From: Dicyema japonicum
Taxonomy: Eukaryota > Animalia > Dicyemida
DNA: 64,000 nucleotides
Assembly: GCA_011109175.1 (NCBI GenBank)
Contig: RDEW01000002.1
Coordinates: 1,718,111 to 1,782,110, forward strand
Direction of reading: 5' to 3'
Shown: positions 63,300 to 64,000 of the stretch, piece after piece
How positions within the stretch are numbered: the stretch's first letter is position 1
Layout of the letters: every line of letters begins with the position of its first letter
The notes under the pieces: model-generated
Seen by the model: the letters and a program-made list of their open reading frames with translations, nothing else
What the model was told of the DNA's origin: nothing
Database searches by the model: none
Position numbers and translations under genes: made by a program

Positions 63300-63650
63300 T
63301 AATCAGTGTAATGCAAAACTCAACCACGTTATTGAATCACGTTCTATCTATCAGACTGATCAATTGTATTATGGAGATAGTAAAGATATTTTTGTAAAAC
63401 TACTACAAGTTGTCTTTGACTATGGGTTTGATTTGAAGAAGTTTGTATGTTTGGGTACCCATGGTGCTTCGAATATGGTTGGACGACATGCTGGTTTTGC
63501 TACCAAATTGCGAGCTGAAATAGAAAAGTTAAATCCCGGGTGATCATTTGTTCACTTTCATTGTATTATTTATCAGCAAAATTTGTGCTCAAAGATTTTA
63601 AAAATGAAAAATACGATTAGTTTGGTTACGAAGACAGTAAGGAAATAATT
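63300..63650 (+). mobile_element. GTF2IRD2-like hAT remnant
   Basis: LGTHGASNMVGRHAGF...FHCIIYQQNLCSK. Confidence 0.7.
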
Positions 63651-63829
63651 TTATTTAGAAAAAAAGCAGATAAAAGCTCGCAATTATAACGATCTCATAA
63701 TGAGAGTTTTTTTAGGTTATCTTTTATCTTTTTTTCATTTATTTACGACTTAAGTATTTGAATGATAGACAGGTTTTTGCTATCAAATTTAACAAGTTCG
63801 ATATTTGCTTTCAGACAACAGAAGTGAAG

Positions 63830-64000
63830 AAAGCCCCACCAAGTGAGCAGATTCAGAGAGGATTCCCATTCATTTAACGAAAACATATAAAATCTAAATC
63901 TAATTATGTTAGTTGTATTTGTTTATTGTAAAGTTTAGAAGAATCATCGGCTACAAAAATTAAAATATTCAACCTCTTGTTTAAAGTCGCAAATAATGTC
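63830..64000 (-). CDS. 3' end of a third CTLD receptor copy, running off the window
   Basis: Nearly identical to 35845-36012, including the last micro-intron gttgaatattttaatttttgtag. Confidence 0.8.

Overview
AT-rich eukaryotic (animal) DNA, not prokaryotic. Most of the window is a mosaic of decayed, often nested transposons: non-LTR (RTE, jockey/CR1-like, CRE, R4/NeSL-like), tRNA-derived SINEs, pogo, Tc1, hAT, a Mutator-like MITE and Ginger/KRBA2-type integrases. The host genes are largely missed by the ORF track because they are split by ultra-short GT-AG introns (mostly 21-28 nt) and scattered single-base indels. Manual splicing recovers: a signal peptide + reprolysin-type (M12B) zinc metalloprotease fused to C-type lectin domains (CTLDs), interrupted by a SINE; ABT1/ESF2; a Max-like bHLH-ZIP; two near-complete copies and the 3' end of a third copy of a four-CTLD type-I membrane receptor; a pyruvate dehydrogenase phosphatase-like PP2C with an altered catalytic Asp; and a probable LRR membrane protein. 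Micro-introns plus this gene and TE content suggest a compact-intron parasitic animal such as a myxozoan or dicyemid (inference only). The best candidate for an undescribed system is the co-located CTLD receptor family and the secreted metalloprotease-CTLD fusion. Many frameshifts look like homopolymer assembly errors, so pseudogene status cannot be settled from this sequence. All translations and alignments were done by eye and boundaries of decayed elements are approximate.
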